From NCBI GenBank assembly GCA_041396705.1, contig JAWKYB010000002.1:398563-462562 (forward strand): a DNA stretch of 64,000 bases, in the 5' to 3' direction. Position 1 is the first letter of the stretch; the number at the start of each line of letters is the position of its first letter. The stretch comes from Alphaproteobacteria bacterium (GTDB taxonomy: Bacteria > Pseudomonadota > Alphaproteobacteria > CALKHQ01). The notes beneath the pieces are model-generated. The model was not told the DNA's origin, ran no database searches, and worked only from the letters and a program-made list of their open reading frames with translations. The position numbers and the translations under genes are program-made. Below are positions 42,848 to 52,595 of the stretch, piece after piece.

Positions 42848-42860
42848 GCCGATCCCGCGC

Positions 42861-43661
42861 CTAGCGGCGAAGCTGCATCTTGATCGGCCCCTCGGCGCGA
42901 CCGTGGATGAACTGGTCGACATAGGCGTTTTCGGCCTTGTCGATGTCCTCGACCGGGCCGTGCCAGATGATCTGACCTTCGTAGAGCATGGCGACGTGGT
43001 CGGCGATCTTGCGCGCGCTGGCCATGTCGTGGGTGATCGACAGCGCGGTGGCGCCGAGTTCGCGCACGCACTTGACGATGAGGTCGTTGATCACGTCGCC
43101 CATGATCGGGTCCAGGCCGGTGGTCGGCTCGTCGAAGAAGATGATCTCCGGGTCGGTGGCGATCGCGCGCGCCAGGCCGACGCGCTTCTGCATGCCGCCG
43201 GACAGCTCCGACGGCCACAGCTTGCCGACCTCGGGCGCCAGACCGACCTGGCCCAGCTTCTCGATCGCGATCTCGCGGGCCTGCGCCCGGCGCATGCGCC
43301 GGCCCTGGATCAGGCCGAAGGCGACATTCTCCCAGACCGGCAGGCTGTCGAACAGGGCGCCGCCCTGGAACAGCATGCCGAACTTGCGGATCACCCGGTC
43401 GCGGTCGCGGCTGCCGAGCCCGACCGTCTCCTCGCCGTCGATCAGGATCGAGCCGCTCTCCGGGCTCATCAGCCCGATCACGTTCTTGATCAGCACCGAC
43501 TTGCCGGTGCCGGAACCGCCGATCACCACCAGCGATTCGCCGCGGGCGAGATCGAGGTCGACCCCGTTCAGCACCACCTTTTCGCCGAACCGCTTGTGCA
43601 GCGTGCGGATCGAGATCTTGGCGTCGGGGTTCGACGGGGTGCCGCTTTCCGGTGTGCTCAT
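42861..43661 (-). CDS. mlaF: Phospholipid ABC transporter ATP-binding protein MlaF-like
   Basis: Walker A GGSGTGKS, LSGGMQKRVGLARA signature and Walker B IIFFDEPTTGLD. Confidence 0.85.
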   Translation of the reverse strand: MSTPESGTPSNPDAKISIRTLHKRFGEKVVLNGVDLDLARGESLVVIGGSGTGKSVLIKNVIGLMSPESGSILIDGEETVGLGSRDRDRVIRKFGMLFQGGALFDSLPVWENVAFGLIQGRRMRRAQAREIAIEKLGQVGLAPEVGKLWPSELSGGMQKRVGLARAIATDPEIIFFDEPTTGLDPIMGDVINDLIVKCVRELGATALSITHDMASARKIADHVAMLYEGQIIWHGPVEDIDKAENAYVDQFIHGRAEGPIKMQLRR

Positions 43662-44431
43662 GCCGCGAAGAACAGCTCGGTGATGATGTAGTTGAAGCAG
43701 AGGATCAGGATCGAGGCGGAGACGACCGCATTGGTTGTCGCCGCGCCCACGCCCTGGGCGCCGCCGCGCGAGTTGTAGCCGTGGTAGCAGCCCATCATCG
43801 CGATCAGCAGCCCGAACACCGCCGCCTTGACCAGGCCGGACAGCACGTCGACCGTCGACATGAAGTCGATGGTGTTCTTCAGGTAGGTCGACGGGTTGAA
43901 GCCAAGCTTGTAGATGCTGACCAGATAGCCGCCGAACACGCCGATGATGTCGGCCACCAGCACCAGCAGCGGCAGCATGGTCATGCCGGCGATCAGCCGG
44001 GGCGCGACCAGGTACTTGTACGGATTGGTCGACAGCGTCTTCAGCGCGTCGATCTGCTCGGTCACCCGCATGGTGCCGATCTCGGCGGCGATGGCCGCGC
44101 CGATGCGCCCGGCCACCATCAGGCCGGCCAGCACCGGCCCCAGCTCGCGGGTGATCGACAGCACCACGACGTTCGGAATGGCGGATTCCGCCGAGAAGCG
44201 CGAGAAGCCGGTATAGCTCTGCAGCGCCAGCACCATGCCGGTGAACACCGCCGTCAGCCCGACCACCGGCAGCGAGTAATAGCCGATGTCGATCATTTGC
44301 CGCAGGATCAGCCGCGGGAAGAACGGCGGCCGCACGCAGTGCGACAGCGCGCGCATGGCGAACAGCGTGATCCGGCCGGTGGCGGCCAGGAAGTTGAGGA
44401 AGATCCGCCCGATGGCGGCGAGCGGGTTCAT
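43658..44431 (-). CDS. mlaE: Phospholipid ABC transporter permease MlaE-like
   Basis: 257 aa from MNPLAAIGRIFLNFLAATGRITLFAMRAL. Typical MlaE TM pattern, with a 4-nt overlap onto mlaF. Confidence 0.85.
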   Translation of the reverse strand: MNPLAAIGRIFLNFLAATGRITLFAMRALSHCVRPPFFPRLILRQMIDIGYYSLPVVGLTAVFTGMVLALQSYTGFSRFSAESAIPNVVVLSITRELGPVLAGLMVAGRIGAAIAAEIGTMRVTEQIDALKTLSTNPYKYLVAPRLIAGMTMLPLLVLVADIIGVFGGYLVSIYKLGFNPSTYLKNTIDFMSTVDVLSGLVKAAVFGLLIAMMGCYHGYNSRGGAQGVGAATTNAVVSASILILCFNYIITELFFAA

Positions 44432-45564
44432 CCGCCAGCCGCGCCGTCGTGCGTGCCGCCGCGATAGCGCCGGCGATAGCGCCGGCCGAGCGCGGTCAGC
44501 ACCTCGTAGCCGATGGTGCCGCAGTCGGCGGCTACCGCATCGACGTCGCGGTGCGGCCCGATCACGTCGACCCACAGGTCAGGGCGGGCGGCATGGTCGG
44601 GGATGTCGCTGACGTCGATGGTGATCATGTCCATGGACACGCGCCCGATGATCGGCGCCTCGTGGGATTGGCAGAGGACGCTGCCGCGATTGCTGGCGGC
44701 GCGGTGCAGGCCATCGGCGTAACCCACTGCAACGGTTGCGACTTTCCGCGCCGATGGGGCGATGTAGGTCGCACCATAGCCAACCGCCTGTCCCCGGTCA
44801 ATGTGACGGACCTGCAGGATTCGGCCGCGCAGGCGCACCGCGGGCCGCATCGGGTTGGGGCGGCCGGGGGTCGGATTGACGCCATAGAGGGCGGCGCCGG
44901 GCCGAACCTGCCCGAAATGGAAATCGCCGCCGAGGAAGATGCCGGACGAGTTGGCGAAACTGGCGCGGGTGCCGGCCGGCAGGCGCGCCAGCGCGCCCCG
45001 GAAGGCGGCGAGTTGCGCGCGGTTGAGCGGGTGATCCGGCTCGTCGGCACAGGCAAGGTGGCTCAGCACGCCGGCCAGCGGGAAGCCGAGATCGCCGCCG
45101 GTGACAAGCGCCTGCCACTGCTCGGGCCCGAGGCCGAGCCGGTTGATGCCGCTGTCGACATGCACAAAGGCCGCCCGTCCGCCGCCGCCGGCCGCCCAGC
45201 CGTCGATCTGCAGCGGTGTATTAAGAACCGGTGTTAAATCGCTGGTTTGATATATTTGTCTGGCATCAGAAAGATAGCCGGCCAGCACGCCGATCGCGGG
45301 TCCTGTTCCCACCGCCGCGCGCACGGCGCGGCCCTCGTCGGGCAAGGCGACATAGAAGCTTCGGCATCCCGCCGCGGCGAGCGCGCGGACCACGGGCCCG
45401 GCGCCGAGCCCGTAGGCGTCGGCCTTGACCACGGCGGCGCATTCGGCCGGTGCGGTGAGCGCGGCGAGCCGGCGCCAGTTGGCTGCAACCGCGTCGAGAT
45501 CGATGTCGAGCACGCCGCCGCAGCCGCCGGCATCCGCGCCGGGCGCGCTGTCCGCGCGGATCAC
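44428..45564 (-). CDS. alr: Alanine racemase
   Basis: PLP-Lys motif AVVKADAYGLGAG and the C-terminal beta domain. Contains an anomalous AT-rich in-frame segment at about 45215-45280. Confidence 0.85.
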   Translation of the reverse strand: MIRADSAPGADAGGCGGVLDIDLDAVAANWRRLAALTAPAECAAVVKADAYGLGAGPVVRALAAAGCRSFYVALPDEGRAVRAAVGTGPAIGVLAGYLSDARQIYQTSDLTPVLNTPLQIDGWAAGGGGRAAFVHVDSGINRLGLGPEQWQALVTGGDLGFPLAGVLSHLACADEPDHPLNRAQLAAFRGALARLPAGTRASFANSSGIFLGGDFHFGQVRPGAALYGVNPTPGRPNPMRPAVRLRGRILQVRHIDRGQAVGYGATYIAPSARKVATVAVGYADGLHRAASNRGSVLCQSHEAPIIGRVSMDMITIDVSDIPDHAARPDLWVDVIGPHRDVDAVAADCGTIGYEVLTALGRRYRRRYRGGTHDGAAGG

Positions 45565-45571
45565 ATCTGGC

Positions 45572-47137
45572 TCAGCGCTGCTCAGGAAGCCGGTCCTCGT
45601 CGGCCATGTCGGTGAACTTGGTGTATTGGCCGTCGAACCGCAGCCGCACGGTCCCGATCGGGCCGTGGCGCTGCTTGGCGATGATCACCTCGCCGATGTT
45701 GTAGACCTCCTCGCAGCGCCGCATCCAGCGGTCGTGGCGGTCGTTGAACTTGTCCATCGGCTCGTCGTCGCGCTGCGACGGCTCCGCCCGCTCCAGATAG
45801 TACTGCTCGCGGAAGATGAACATCACCACGTCCGCGTCCTGCTCGATCGAGCCGGACTCGCGCAAGTCGGCCAGCTGCGGCCGCTTGTCCTCGCGCTGCT
45901 CGACCGCGCGGCTGAGCTGCGACAACGCCAGCACAGGAACATCAAGTTCCTTGGCCAACGCCTTGAGTCCGCGCGTAATTTCGGAAACCTCCTGAACGCG
46001 GTTGTCGTTGCGCCGGCCGGGGTTGGGCGCCAGCAGCTGCAGATAGTCGATCACGATCATCGCCAGGCCGTTGGTGCGTTTCAGCCGCCGCGCCCGCGTG
46101 CGCAGCTGGGTTACCGTCAGCGCCGGCGTGTCGTCGATGTACAGCGGCAGCGCGGCCAGCTCGCGGCTGGCCTCGACCAGCGCGTCGAACTGCGCCGAGC
46201 CGAGCTCGCCGCGGCGCAGCTTTTCCGACGAGACGCCGACCTTTTCCGAGACCACGCGCATGGCAAGCTGCTCGGCCGACATCTCCAGCGAGAAGAATGC
46301 AACGGGGCACGGCGTCTCGACCCGGTTGCCGTCGGCATCGGTGTCGACCGTGCGCGACATCGCGGCGTTGACGGCGATGTTGGTGGCCAGCGAGGTCTTG
46401 CCCATCGACGGGCGCGCCGCGAGGATCAGCAGGTCGGACGCGTGCAGGCCGCCGAGCTTGGCGTCGAGGTCGCGGAAGCCGCTGGGCACGCCGCTGATCT
46501 TGCCCTCGCGGCGATAGGCGGATTCGGTGACGTCGATCGCCTTCGACAGCGCCAGGCCGAAATCCTGGAAGCCGCGCTCGAGCTCGCCGGAGGTGGCCAG
46601 GTCGAACAGGCTCTGCTCCGCCTTCTCGATCTGGCGGTTGGCCATCAGGTCGATGTCGAAGCTGCGCGCGTCGATCAGCATCTCGTCGCCCAGCGCGATC
46701 AGCTGGCGGCGCAGGAACAGGTCGTGGATCAGCCGGCCATAGTCGGCCGCGTTGCTGCTGGTCATCACCGAGCCGGCCAGCTCCGCCAGATAGTCGACGC
46801 CGCCGATCTCCTCCAGGTCGGCGTCGCGCTCGAAGAAATGGCGCAGGGTCACCGGGTTGGCCAGCTGGCCGGCCGAGATCAGGCGGCCGATCGCCTCGAA
46901 GATGCGGGCATGGGCGGCGTCGGCGAAATGCTCCGGCCGCAGGAAGTCCGACACCCGGTCATAGGCTACGTTGTTGGCGAGCAGCGCGCCCAGCAGGGCG
47001 GCCTCGGCCTCGAAATTGTGCGGTTGCAGCTGCAAGCTGGCCGGGTCGATCAGCCCGGCTAGGCCACCATCGCCCTCGTGCGACGAGGGTTCACCGTGAT
47101 CAGGCGGCGGGGGGTGACCTCCGTGATCCATGTCCAT
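45572..47137 (-). CDS. dnaB: Replicative DNA helicase
   Basis: DnaB N-terminal domain plus RecA-like core with Walker A (ARPSMGKTSLA), H3/H4 motifs and the arginine finger. Starts with a His/Pro-rich leader MDMDHGGHPPPPDHGEP. Confidence 0.9.
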   Translation of the reverse strand: MDMDHGGHPPPPDHGEPSSHEGDGGLAGLIDPASLQLQPHNFEAEAALLGALLANNVAYDRVSDFLRPEHFADAAHARIFEAIGRLISAGQLANPVTLRHFFERDADLEEIGGVDYLAELAGSVMTSSNAADYGRLIHDLFLRRQLIALGDEMLIDARSFDIDLMANRQIEKAEQSLFDLATSGELERGFQDFGLALSKAIDVTESAYRREGKISGVPSGFRDLDAKLGGLHASDLLILAARPSMGKTSLATNIAVNAAMSRTVDTDADGNRVETPCPVAFFSLEMSAEQLAMRVVSEKVGVSSEKLRRGELGSAQFDALVEASRELAALPLYIDDTPALTVTQLRTRARRLKRTNGLAMIVIDYLQLLAPNPGRRNDNRVQEVSEITRGLKALAKELDVPVLALSQLSRAVEQREDKRPQLADLRESGSIEQDADVVMFIFREQYYLERAEPSQRDDEPMDKFNDRHDRWMRRCEEVYNIGEVIIAKQRHGPIGTVRLRFDGQYTKFTDMADEDRLPEQR

Positions 47138-47279
47138 CGCGGCACCCTAGCAATTCGACTCGGGGCTGTGTGCGCGACCCGCCTGTGGATCATCTGGATA
47201 ACGGGGATAAGAATCCACCCTCGCGGAAATCCGCCGTTGCCGCCGTCGCGCGGTGGCGCGGCGGCAACGGCGCAAGCCC

Positions 47280-48518
47280 TCAGGCGGCCTTGCGGCGTTT
47301 CGGCTTGTCGCCGCGCAGCGCCTGCTCGGCGGTCAGCATGTAGTCGCGGGTCAGCGGCACCGCGTCCTGCCGCTTGGCGATCTGCATCTGGAACACCATC
47401 TGGCCCATGAAGCGGAAGCTCATCTCGCAGCCGACCAGATAGAACTCCCACATCCGGCAGAAGCGCTCGTCGTAGAGCTGCGCGATGCGCTCGCGGTTGG
47501 CCTGGAACCGGTCGTGCCAGTGGCGCAGGGTCTCGGCGTAGTGCAGCCGCAGGATCTCGATGTCGGTGACCCAGAGCCCGACCGATTCGATCGCGCTCAG
47601 GGTCTCGGACAGCGCCGGGGTGTAGCCGCCGGGGAAGATGTACTTGCGCAGCCAGGAATTGGTCGAGCCTGGCGGCTCCATCCGGCCGATCGAATGCAAA
47701 AGGCAGACGCCGTCATCGGCCAGCAGGTCCTTGACCTTGCCAAAATACTCCATGTAGTGGCCGACGCCGACGTGCTCGAACATGCCGACCGAGACGATGC
47801 GGTCGAACTGGCCGGTCTGCTCGCGGTAGTCGCGCAGGTGGAAGCGCACCCGATCCTCCAGCCCGGCCGCACGGGCACGGTCGGTGGCCACCTTGTGCTG
47901 CTCGGTCGACAGCGTCAGGCCGGTGACGTCGCAGCCCGCCGCCTGGGCCAGGAACAGGGCGAGCCCGCCCCAGCCGGAGCCGATGTCGAGCACCTTCTGG
48001 CCGGGCTCCAGCAGCATCTTCGCAGCGATGTGCGCCTTCTTGTTGTGCTGGGCGGTCTCCAGGCTGTCGCCCGGGTCGGCGAAATAGGCGCAGGAATACT
48101 GCCGGTCCCTGTCCAGGAACAGGTCGTAGAGGGTGTCGTTGAGGTCGTAGTGGTGGGCGACGTTGCGCTGGGCCTTGCCGATCGGGTTGTACTGCCAGAC
48201 CCGGCGCAGCAGCCGGCCCAGGCTGTCCAGCGTGCGCTGCAGCGGATGGCGTTCGAACCGCTCCAGGTTGGCGCACATGATGGTCAGCACGTCGTGCAGC
48301 GTGCCCTGCTCCAGCGTCCAGCCGCCGTCCATGTAGCCTTCGCCGAAATACAGCTGCGGCCGCATGAACAGCTTGCGGTGCATCGCCTTGTCGTGAATGC
48401 GGATCGTCGCGGCCGGGCTGCCGTCCGGCGGGCCGAAGACGTGCGTCTTGCCCGTCGCGTCGATCATGGTCAACTGCCCGACCTTGATCAGGTCGCTCAT
48501 CAGATGCGCCAACAGCAT
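47280..48518 (-). CDS. cfa: Cyclopropane-fatty-acyl-phospholipid synthase
   Basis: SAM-methyltransferase motif (VLDIGSGWGGLALFLA) and the CFA-synthase C-terminal region. The ORF continues to 48557, but a hairpin at 48558-48586 and an AAGGAG upstream favour the ATG at 48518 (MLLAHLM...). Confidence 0.8.
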   Translation of the reverse strand: MLLAHLMSDLIKVGQLTMIDATGKTHVFGPPDGSPAATIRIHDKAMHRKLFMRPQLYFGEGYMDGGWTLEQGTLHDVLTIMCANLERFERHPLQRTLDSLGRLLRRVWQYNPIGKAQRNVAHHYDLNDTLYDLFLDRDRQYSCAYFADPGDSLETAQHNKKAHIAAKMLLEPGQKVLDIGSGWGGLALFLAQAAGCDVTGLTLSTEQHKVATDRARAAGLEDRVRFHLRDYREQTGQFDRIVSVGMFEHVGVGHYMEYFGKVKDLLADDGVCLLHSIGRMEPPGSTNSWLRKYIFPGGYTPALSETLSAIESVGLWVTDIEILRLHYAETLRHWHDRFQANRERIAQLYDERFCRMWEFYLVGCEMSFRFMGQMVFQMQIAKRQDAVPLTRDYMLTAEQALRGDKPKRRKAA

Positions 48519-48557
48519 CGACCGCCCCCCGGCTCCTTCCGACGCGTCAAAATGCAT

Positions 48558-48586
48558 GCGGCGCGTCGTTCATCGCGACGCGCCGC
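48558..48586 (-). terminator. Putative terminator of the rpsF-rpsR-rplI operon
   Basis: Perfect 11-bp stem GCGGCGCGTCG with loop ttcatcg and closing CGACGCGCCGC. The minus-strand transcript continues AUGCAUUUUGACG. Confidence 0.4.
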
Positions 48587-48643
48587 CATATCTTGTGAAA
48601 TTTGCCTTCGCCCGGCAAGCCGGGATCGGGGCCCGCGATCGCC

Positions 48644-49234
48644 TCAGTCTTCGGCCGCCCCGGCTTCGGTCGCTTCCTCGGCCGCCGGCTCGGCGGGTTC
48701 CTCGGCGATGGCCTCGTCCTCGGCCTCTTCCTCGAACTGCTCGACGCCGAGCACGGCGGTGCCGCGCTCGAGCTGGATGGCGGCCTCGTCTTCGGTGCGC
48801 GCGACGTTGGCGGTCACCTCGACCGCTACTTCCGGGTGCAGGACGACGCGGATCTGGTGCAGGCCCAGCGTCTTGATCGGCCGGTTCAGCACGATCTGGC
48901 TGCGCGCGACGGTGACGCCGTTGGCGGTCACCGCCTCGGAGATGTCGCGCGACGTGACCGAGCCGTAGAGCTGGCCCATGTCGCTGGCCTGGCGGATCAG
49001 CGTCACGGTCATGCCGTCGAGCGGACCCGCGACCGCTTCCGCCTCCTGGCGGCGCTTCAGGTTCACCGCCTCCAGCTGCGCCCGCTGGGTCTCGAACAGC
49101 GCCCGATTGGAATCCGTGGCGCGCAAGGCCTTGCGCTGGGGCAGCAGGAAGTTGCGGGCGAAGCCCGGCTTCACGTTGACGACGTCGCCCATCTGGCCGA
49201 GCCGTTCGATGCGTTCAAGCAGGATGACTTGCAT
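48644..49234 (-). CDS. rplI: 50S ribosomal protein L9 with an acidic C-terminal extension
   Basis: N-terminus [33 protein letters not shown], classic L9. The tail after about residue 150 is Glu/Ala-rich. Confidence 0.9.
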   Translation of the reverse strand: MQVILLERIERLGQMGDVVNVKPGFARNFLLPQRKALRATDSNRALFETQRAQLEAVNLKRRQEAEAVAGPLDGMTVTLIRQASDMGQLYGSVTSRDISEAVTANGVTVARSQIVLNRPIKTLGLHQIRVVLHPEVAVEVTANVARTEDEAAIQLERGTAVLGVEQFEEEAEDEAIAEEPAEPAAEEATEAGAAED

Positions 49235-49267
49235 GGTCATGCCTCTCCGGTGCCGACGGGCGCGCCG

Positions 49268-49531
49268 CTAGCTGATGACATAGGGCAGCAGGGCCAGGAA
49301 CCGCGCCCGCTTGATCGCGTTGGCGAGCTGGCGCTGCTTCTTGGCCGAGACCCCGGTGATGCGGCTCGGCACGATCTTGCCGCGCTCGGAAATGAAGCGC
49401 TGCAGGGTACGGACGTCCTTGTAGTCGATCTTCATGCCGTTCGGTCCGCTGAACGGGCAGGTCTTGCGCCGGCGGAAGAACGGCCGGCGGCCGACGGTGG
49501 CGCGCCGGACGGTGGTGGCTGCCGCAGTCAT
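49268..49531 (-). CDS. rpsR: 30S ribosomal protein S18
   Basis: [40 protein letters not shown], a canonical S18. Confidence 0.92.
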   Translation of the reverse strand: MTAAATTVRRATVGRRPFFRRRKTCPFSGPNGMKIDYKDVRTLQRFISERGKIVPSRITGVSAKKQRQLANAIKRARFLALLPYVIS

Positions 49532-49995
49532 TCGCCGTCTCCTTCGCTTTCGGTGGAGGTTTCGCCCTCGCCGTCACCGCGCTCGCGCCGCGGCGGGCGG
49601 TCGCCGAACCGGTCGCGGCGGTCACGGTCACGGTCGCGGTCGCGCCCACGGCCGCCGCGGTCGCCGCGCTCGCCACGGTTCTGCATCATCGCCGACGGGC
49701 CTTCCTCCAGCTCGTCGACGCGGATTGTCATGTGGCGCAGCACGTCCTCGTGCAGCGACATCTGCCGCTCCATCTCCGCCACCGCGGGGTGCGGCGCGTC
49801 GATGTTCATCAGCACGTAGTGACCCTTGCGGTTCTTCTTGATGCGGTAGGACAGGTTGCGCAGACCCCAGTACTCGGTCTTGGCAACCGTGCCGCCGTTG
49901 GCGCCGATGACGCCGCTGAAGGTCTCGTTCAGGCTGTCGACCTGATTGGACGATATGTCCTGGCGTGCGATGTACACGCACTCGTACAATGCCAT
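49528..49995 (-). CDS. rpsF: 30S ribosomal protein S6 with an Arg/Asp-rich C-terminal tail
   Basis: [19 protein letters not shown]... S6 fold, then a [38 protein letters not shown] tail. GGGGAG ribosome-binding site. Confidence 0.9.
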   Translation of the reverse strand: MALYECVYIARQDISSNQVDSLNETFSGVIGANGGTVAKTEYWGLRNLSYRIKKNRKGHYVLMNIDAPHPAVAEMERQMSLHEDVLRHMTIRVDELEEGPSAMMQNRGERGDRGGRGRDRDRDRDRRDRFGDRPPRRERGDGEGETSTESEGDGE

Positions 49996-50236
49996 GTTTT
50001 ACTCCCCACGGCTGATACGGTGTGCCCGCTGCCGCCTGCGCGGCGCCGCAAACACACCAAGCCGCCACGCGGGGCGTGGCGGCAAGGAGTTGCGGGCGGG
50101 GTTATCCTCAATCCGCCGTCGCCGTGCAAGCCTTTTGTCCCCACCTGCGCCGCGCAGCGCAGTTGACAGCGCCGTGCCGGGGCGGCATCAGGCAGCGCTT
50201 TCATCCTCGCAACGGATCGCAATCGGGGGCCGGGCC
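49996..50236 (-). promoter_or_regulatory. Divergent rpsF / fabD promoter region including the candidate rpsF 5' leader
   Basis: 241-nt intergenic region. A TTGACA hexamer at about 50163 is oriented toward fabD, and a structured GC-rich stretch lies ahead of the rpsF ribosome-binding site. Confidence 0.3.
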
Positions 50237-51181
50237 ATGTCCAACGCATTCGTCTTTCCGGGTCAGGGCGCGCAGGTCGTCGGCATGGGTGCCGCGCTGG
50301 CCGAGGCCTTTCCCGTGGCGCGCGAGGTATTCCAGGAGATCGACGACGCGCTCAGCCAGCACCTGTTCCGGCTGATGACCGAGGGACCGGAGGCCGAACT
50401 GACGCTGACCGAGAACACCCAGCCGGCGCTGATGGCGGTCAGCATGGCGGTGGTGCGCGTGCTGGCGCGCGAGGGCGGCATTGCGCTGGCGCAGAAGGGC
50501 CGCTACGTCGCCGGCCATTCGCTAGGCGAATATACCGCGCTGTGCGCCGCCGGTGCGCTGACCGTCGCCGACTGCGCCCGGCTGCTGAAGCTGCGCGGCC
50601 GGGCGATGCAGGCCGCCGTGCCGGTGGGCGAGGGGGCCATGGCGGCCCTGCTCGGCCTCGATCTGGAAGCGGCCGAGGCCGTCGCCGCCGAGGCCGCCCA
50701 GGGCGAGGTCTGCGCGGCCGCCAACGACAACGCGCCGGGCCAGGTCGTGGTCAGCGGCCATGCCGCGGCCGTCGACCGCGCGATCGCGCTGGCCGGCGAG
50801 AAGGGCGCCAAGCGCGCCGTCAAGCTGGCGGTCAGCGCGCCGTTCCACTGCGCGCTGATGGCGCCGGCCGCCGAGGCGATGGCCGAGGCCCTGGCCGCCG
50901 CCGCCATCCTGCCGCCGGACCCGCCGCTGGTCGCCAACGTCACCGCCGCCCCGGTCGAGGACCCGGCGGAGATCCGCGACCTGCTGGTCCGCCAGGTGAC
51001 CGGTGCGGTGCGCTGGCGCGAATCGGTCGAATTCCTGCGCGACCATGGTGTCGAAACGGTCATCGAACTGGGCGTCGGCAACGTGCTAACCGGACTGGTG
51101 CGCCGCATCGACCGGTCGCTGCAGGCCCGCGCGGTCTCGACCGTCGCCGACATCGAAAGCCTGATCGCCGATCTCCAGTAG
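50237..51181 (+). CDS. fabD: Malonyl CoA-ACP transacylase
   Basis: FVFPGQGAQ N-terminal motif and GHSLGEY active-site serine. Confidence 0.9.
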   Translation: MSNAFVFPGQGAQVVGMGAALAEAFPVAREVFQEIDDALSQHLFRLMTEGPEAELTLTENTQPALMAVSMAVVRVLAREGGIALAQKGRYVAGHSLGEYTALCAAGALTVADCARLLKLRGRAMQAAVPVGEGAMAALLGLDLEAAEAVAAEAAQGEVCAAANDNAPGQVVVSGHAAAVDRAIALAGEKGAKRAVKLAVSAPFHCALMAPAAEAMAEALAAAAILPPDPPLVANVTAAPVEDPAEIRDLLVRQVTGAVRWRESVEFLRDHGVETVIELGVGNVLTGLVRRIDRSLQARAVSTVADIESLIADLQ

Positions 51182-51276
51182 GGGCCCGTCGGGCGCCGCA
51201 CCACATCGAACAGCGCAGGCCGGCCACGTCCCCGCAACGCAAGACCGGCGGCCGCAGCAACGGAGGAACGCTCCCC

Positions 51277-52026
51277 ATGTTTGACCTGACCGGACGGACC
51301 GCGCTCGTGACCGGCGCATCGGGCGACATCGGCCGCGCGATCGCGCGCGCCCTGCATGGCCAGGGCGCCGGCGTGGTGCTGACCGGCCGTCGCGCGGACG
51401 CGCTGCAGATGCTGGCCGACGAGCTGGGCGAGCGCACGCATGTGGTGGTCGGCGACCTCGCCAGCGCCGAGGCGGCCCAGGCCGTGGCCAACGAGGCGGA
51501 GGCCCTGGCCGCGGCGGCAGGGGGCGGTATCGACATCCTGGTCAACAACGCCGGCTTCGCCCGCGACGGCCTGGCCGTGCGGATGAGCGACGAAGACTGG
51601 AACGCGGTGCTGGAAGTCAACCTGACCGCCGGCTTCCGGCTGGCGCGGGCGGTGCTGCGCGGAATGATGAAGCGGCGCTACGGCCGCATCGTCGGCATCT
51701 CGTCGATCGTCGGCGTGATCGGCAATCCCGGCCAGGCCAACTATGCGGCGTCGAAGGCCGGCATGATCGGCATGACCAAGGCGATCGCGGCCGAGGTCGC
51801 GACCCGCAACATCACGGTCAACTGCGTCGCGCCGGGGATGATCGTGACGACGATGACCGACGCGCTGACCGAGGAACAGCACAAGCGCATGGCCGATCCG
51901 ATCCCGACCGGACGGCTGGGCACGGTCGCCGAGGTGGCCGCCGCGGTCACCTTCCTGGCCAGCAGCGAGGCGTCCTATATCACCGGCCACACGCTCAACG
52001 TGAACGGCGGGCTGGCGATGATCTGA
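51277..52026 (+). CDS. fabG: 3-oxoacyl-ACP reductase
   Basis: TGASGDIG cofactor motif, NNAG, and a catalytic YAASKAG triad. GGAGG lies 9 nt upstream of the ATG. Confidence 0.9.
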   Translation: MFDLTGRTALVTGASGDIGRAIARALHGQGAGVVLTGRRADALQMLADELGERTHVVVGDLASAEAAQAVANEAEALAAAAGGGIDILVNNAGFARDGLAVRMSDEDWNAVLEVNLTAGFRLARAVLRGMMKRRYGRIVGISSIVGVIGNPGQANYAASKAGMIGMTKAIAAEVATRNITVNCVAPGMIVTTMTDALTEEQHKRMADPIPTGRLGTVAEVAAAVTFLASSEASYITGHTLNVNGGLAMI

Positions 52027-52270
52027 GCGGGGGCCGCAGGCCCCGGCGCCGGCCATGCGCGGGCTTGCGCCCGGCGTCGCCCGATGGTAAGGGCGAGCGC
52101 TCAGTCAGGCCGCATCCGGTCGGCCCAGGCTGGCGGCGTGCGGCCGGACTCGCCCGAGCGGACCATGGGGGCGGCCACGCGCGCCGGTGCCAACCGTTGC
52201 AGCCATACCGGCCGGACGAGCCCGCAATCCGAAGCAATCGTCACGGCAACCGCCAATGAGGGACCAATAG

Positions 52271-52507
52271 ATGAGCGATGTCGCGGAACGCGTTAAGAAG
52301 ATTGTCGTGGAGCATCTCGGCGTCGAGGAAGGCAAGGTGACCGACAACGCCAGTTTCATCGACGATCTCGGTGCGGACAGCCTCGATACCGTCGAACTGG
52401 TCATGGCGTTCGAGGAAGAGTTCGGGGTCGAGATTCCCGACGACGCGGCCGAGCGAATCACCACCGTCAAGGACGCCATCGAGTTCATCCAGCAGAACGC
52501 CGCCTGA
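52271..52507 (+). CDS. acpP: Acyl carrier protein
   Basis: [20 protein letters not shown] with the phosphopantetheine-attachment Ser. 78 aa. Confidence 0.95.
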   Translation: MSDVAERVKKIVVEHLGVEEGKVTDNASFIDDLGADSLDTVELVMAFEEEFGVEIPDDAAERITTVKDAIEFIQQNAA

Positions 52508-52595
52508 CGGTCCCGGCCGCCGCGGATGCTCTGGACAAGGGGGGCAGCGGCGGCCCGGCGGTGATGCCGCGGGGCTGTCGGCCCAGGGTGATGAG

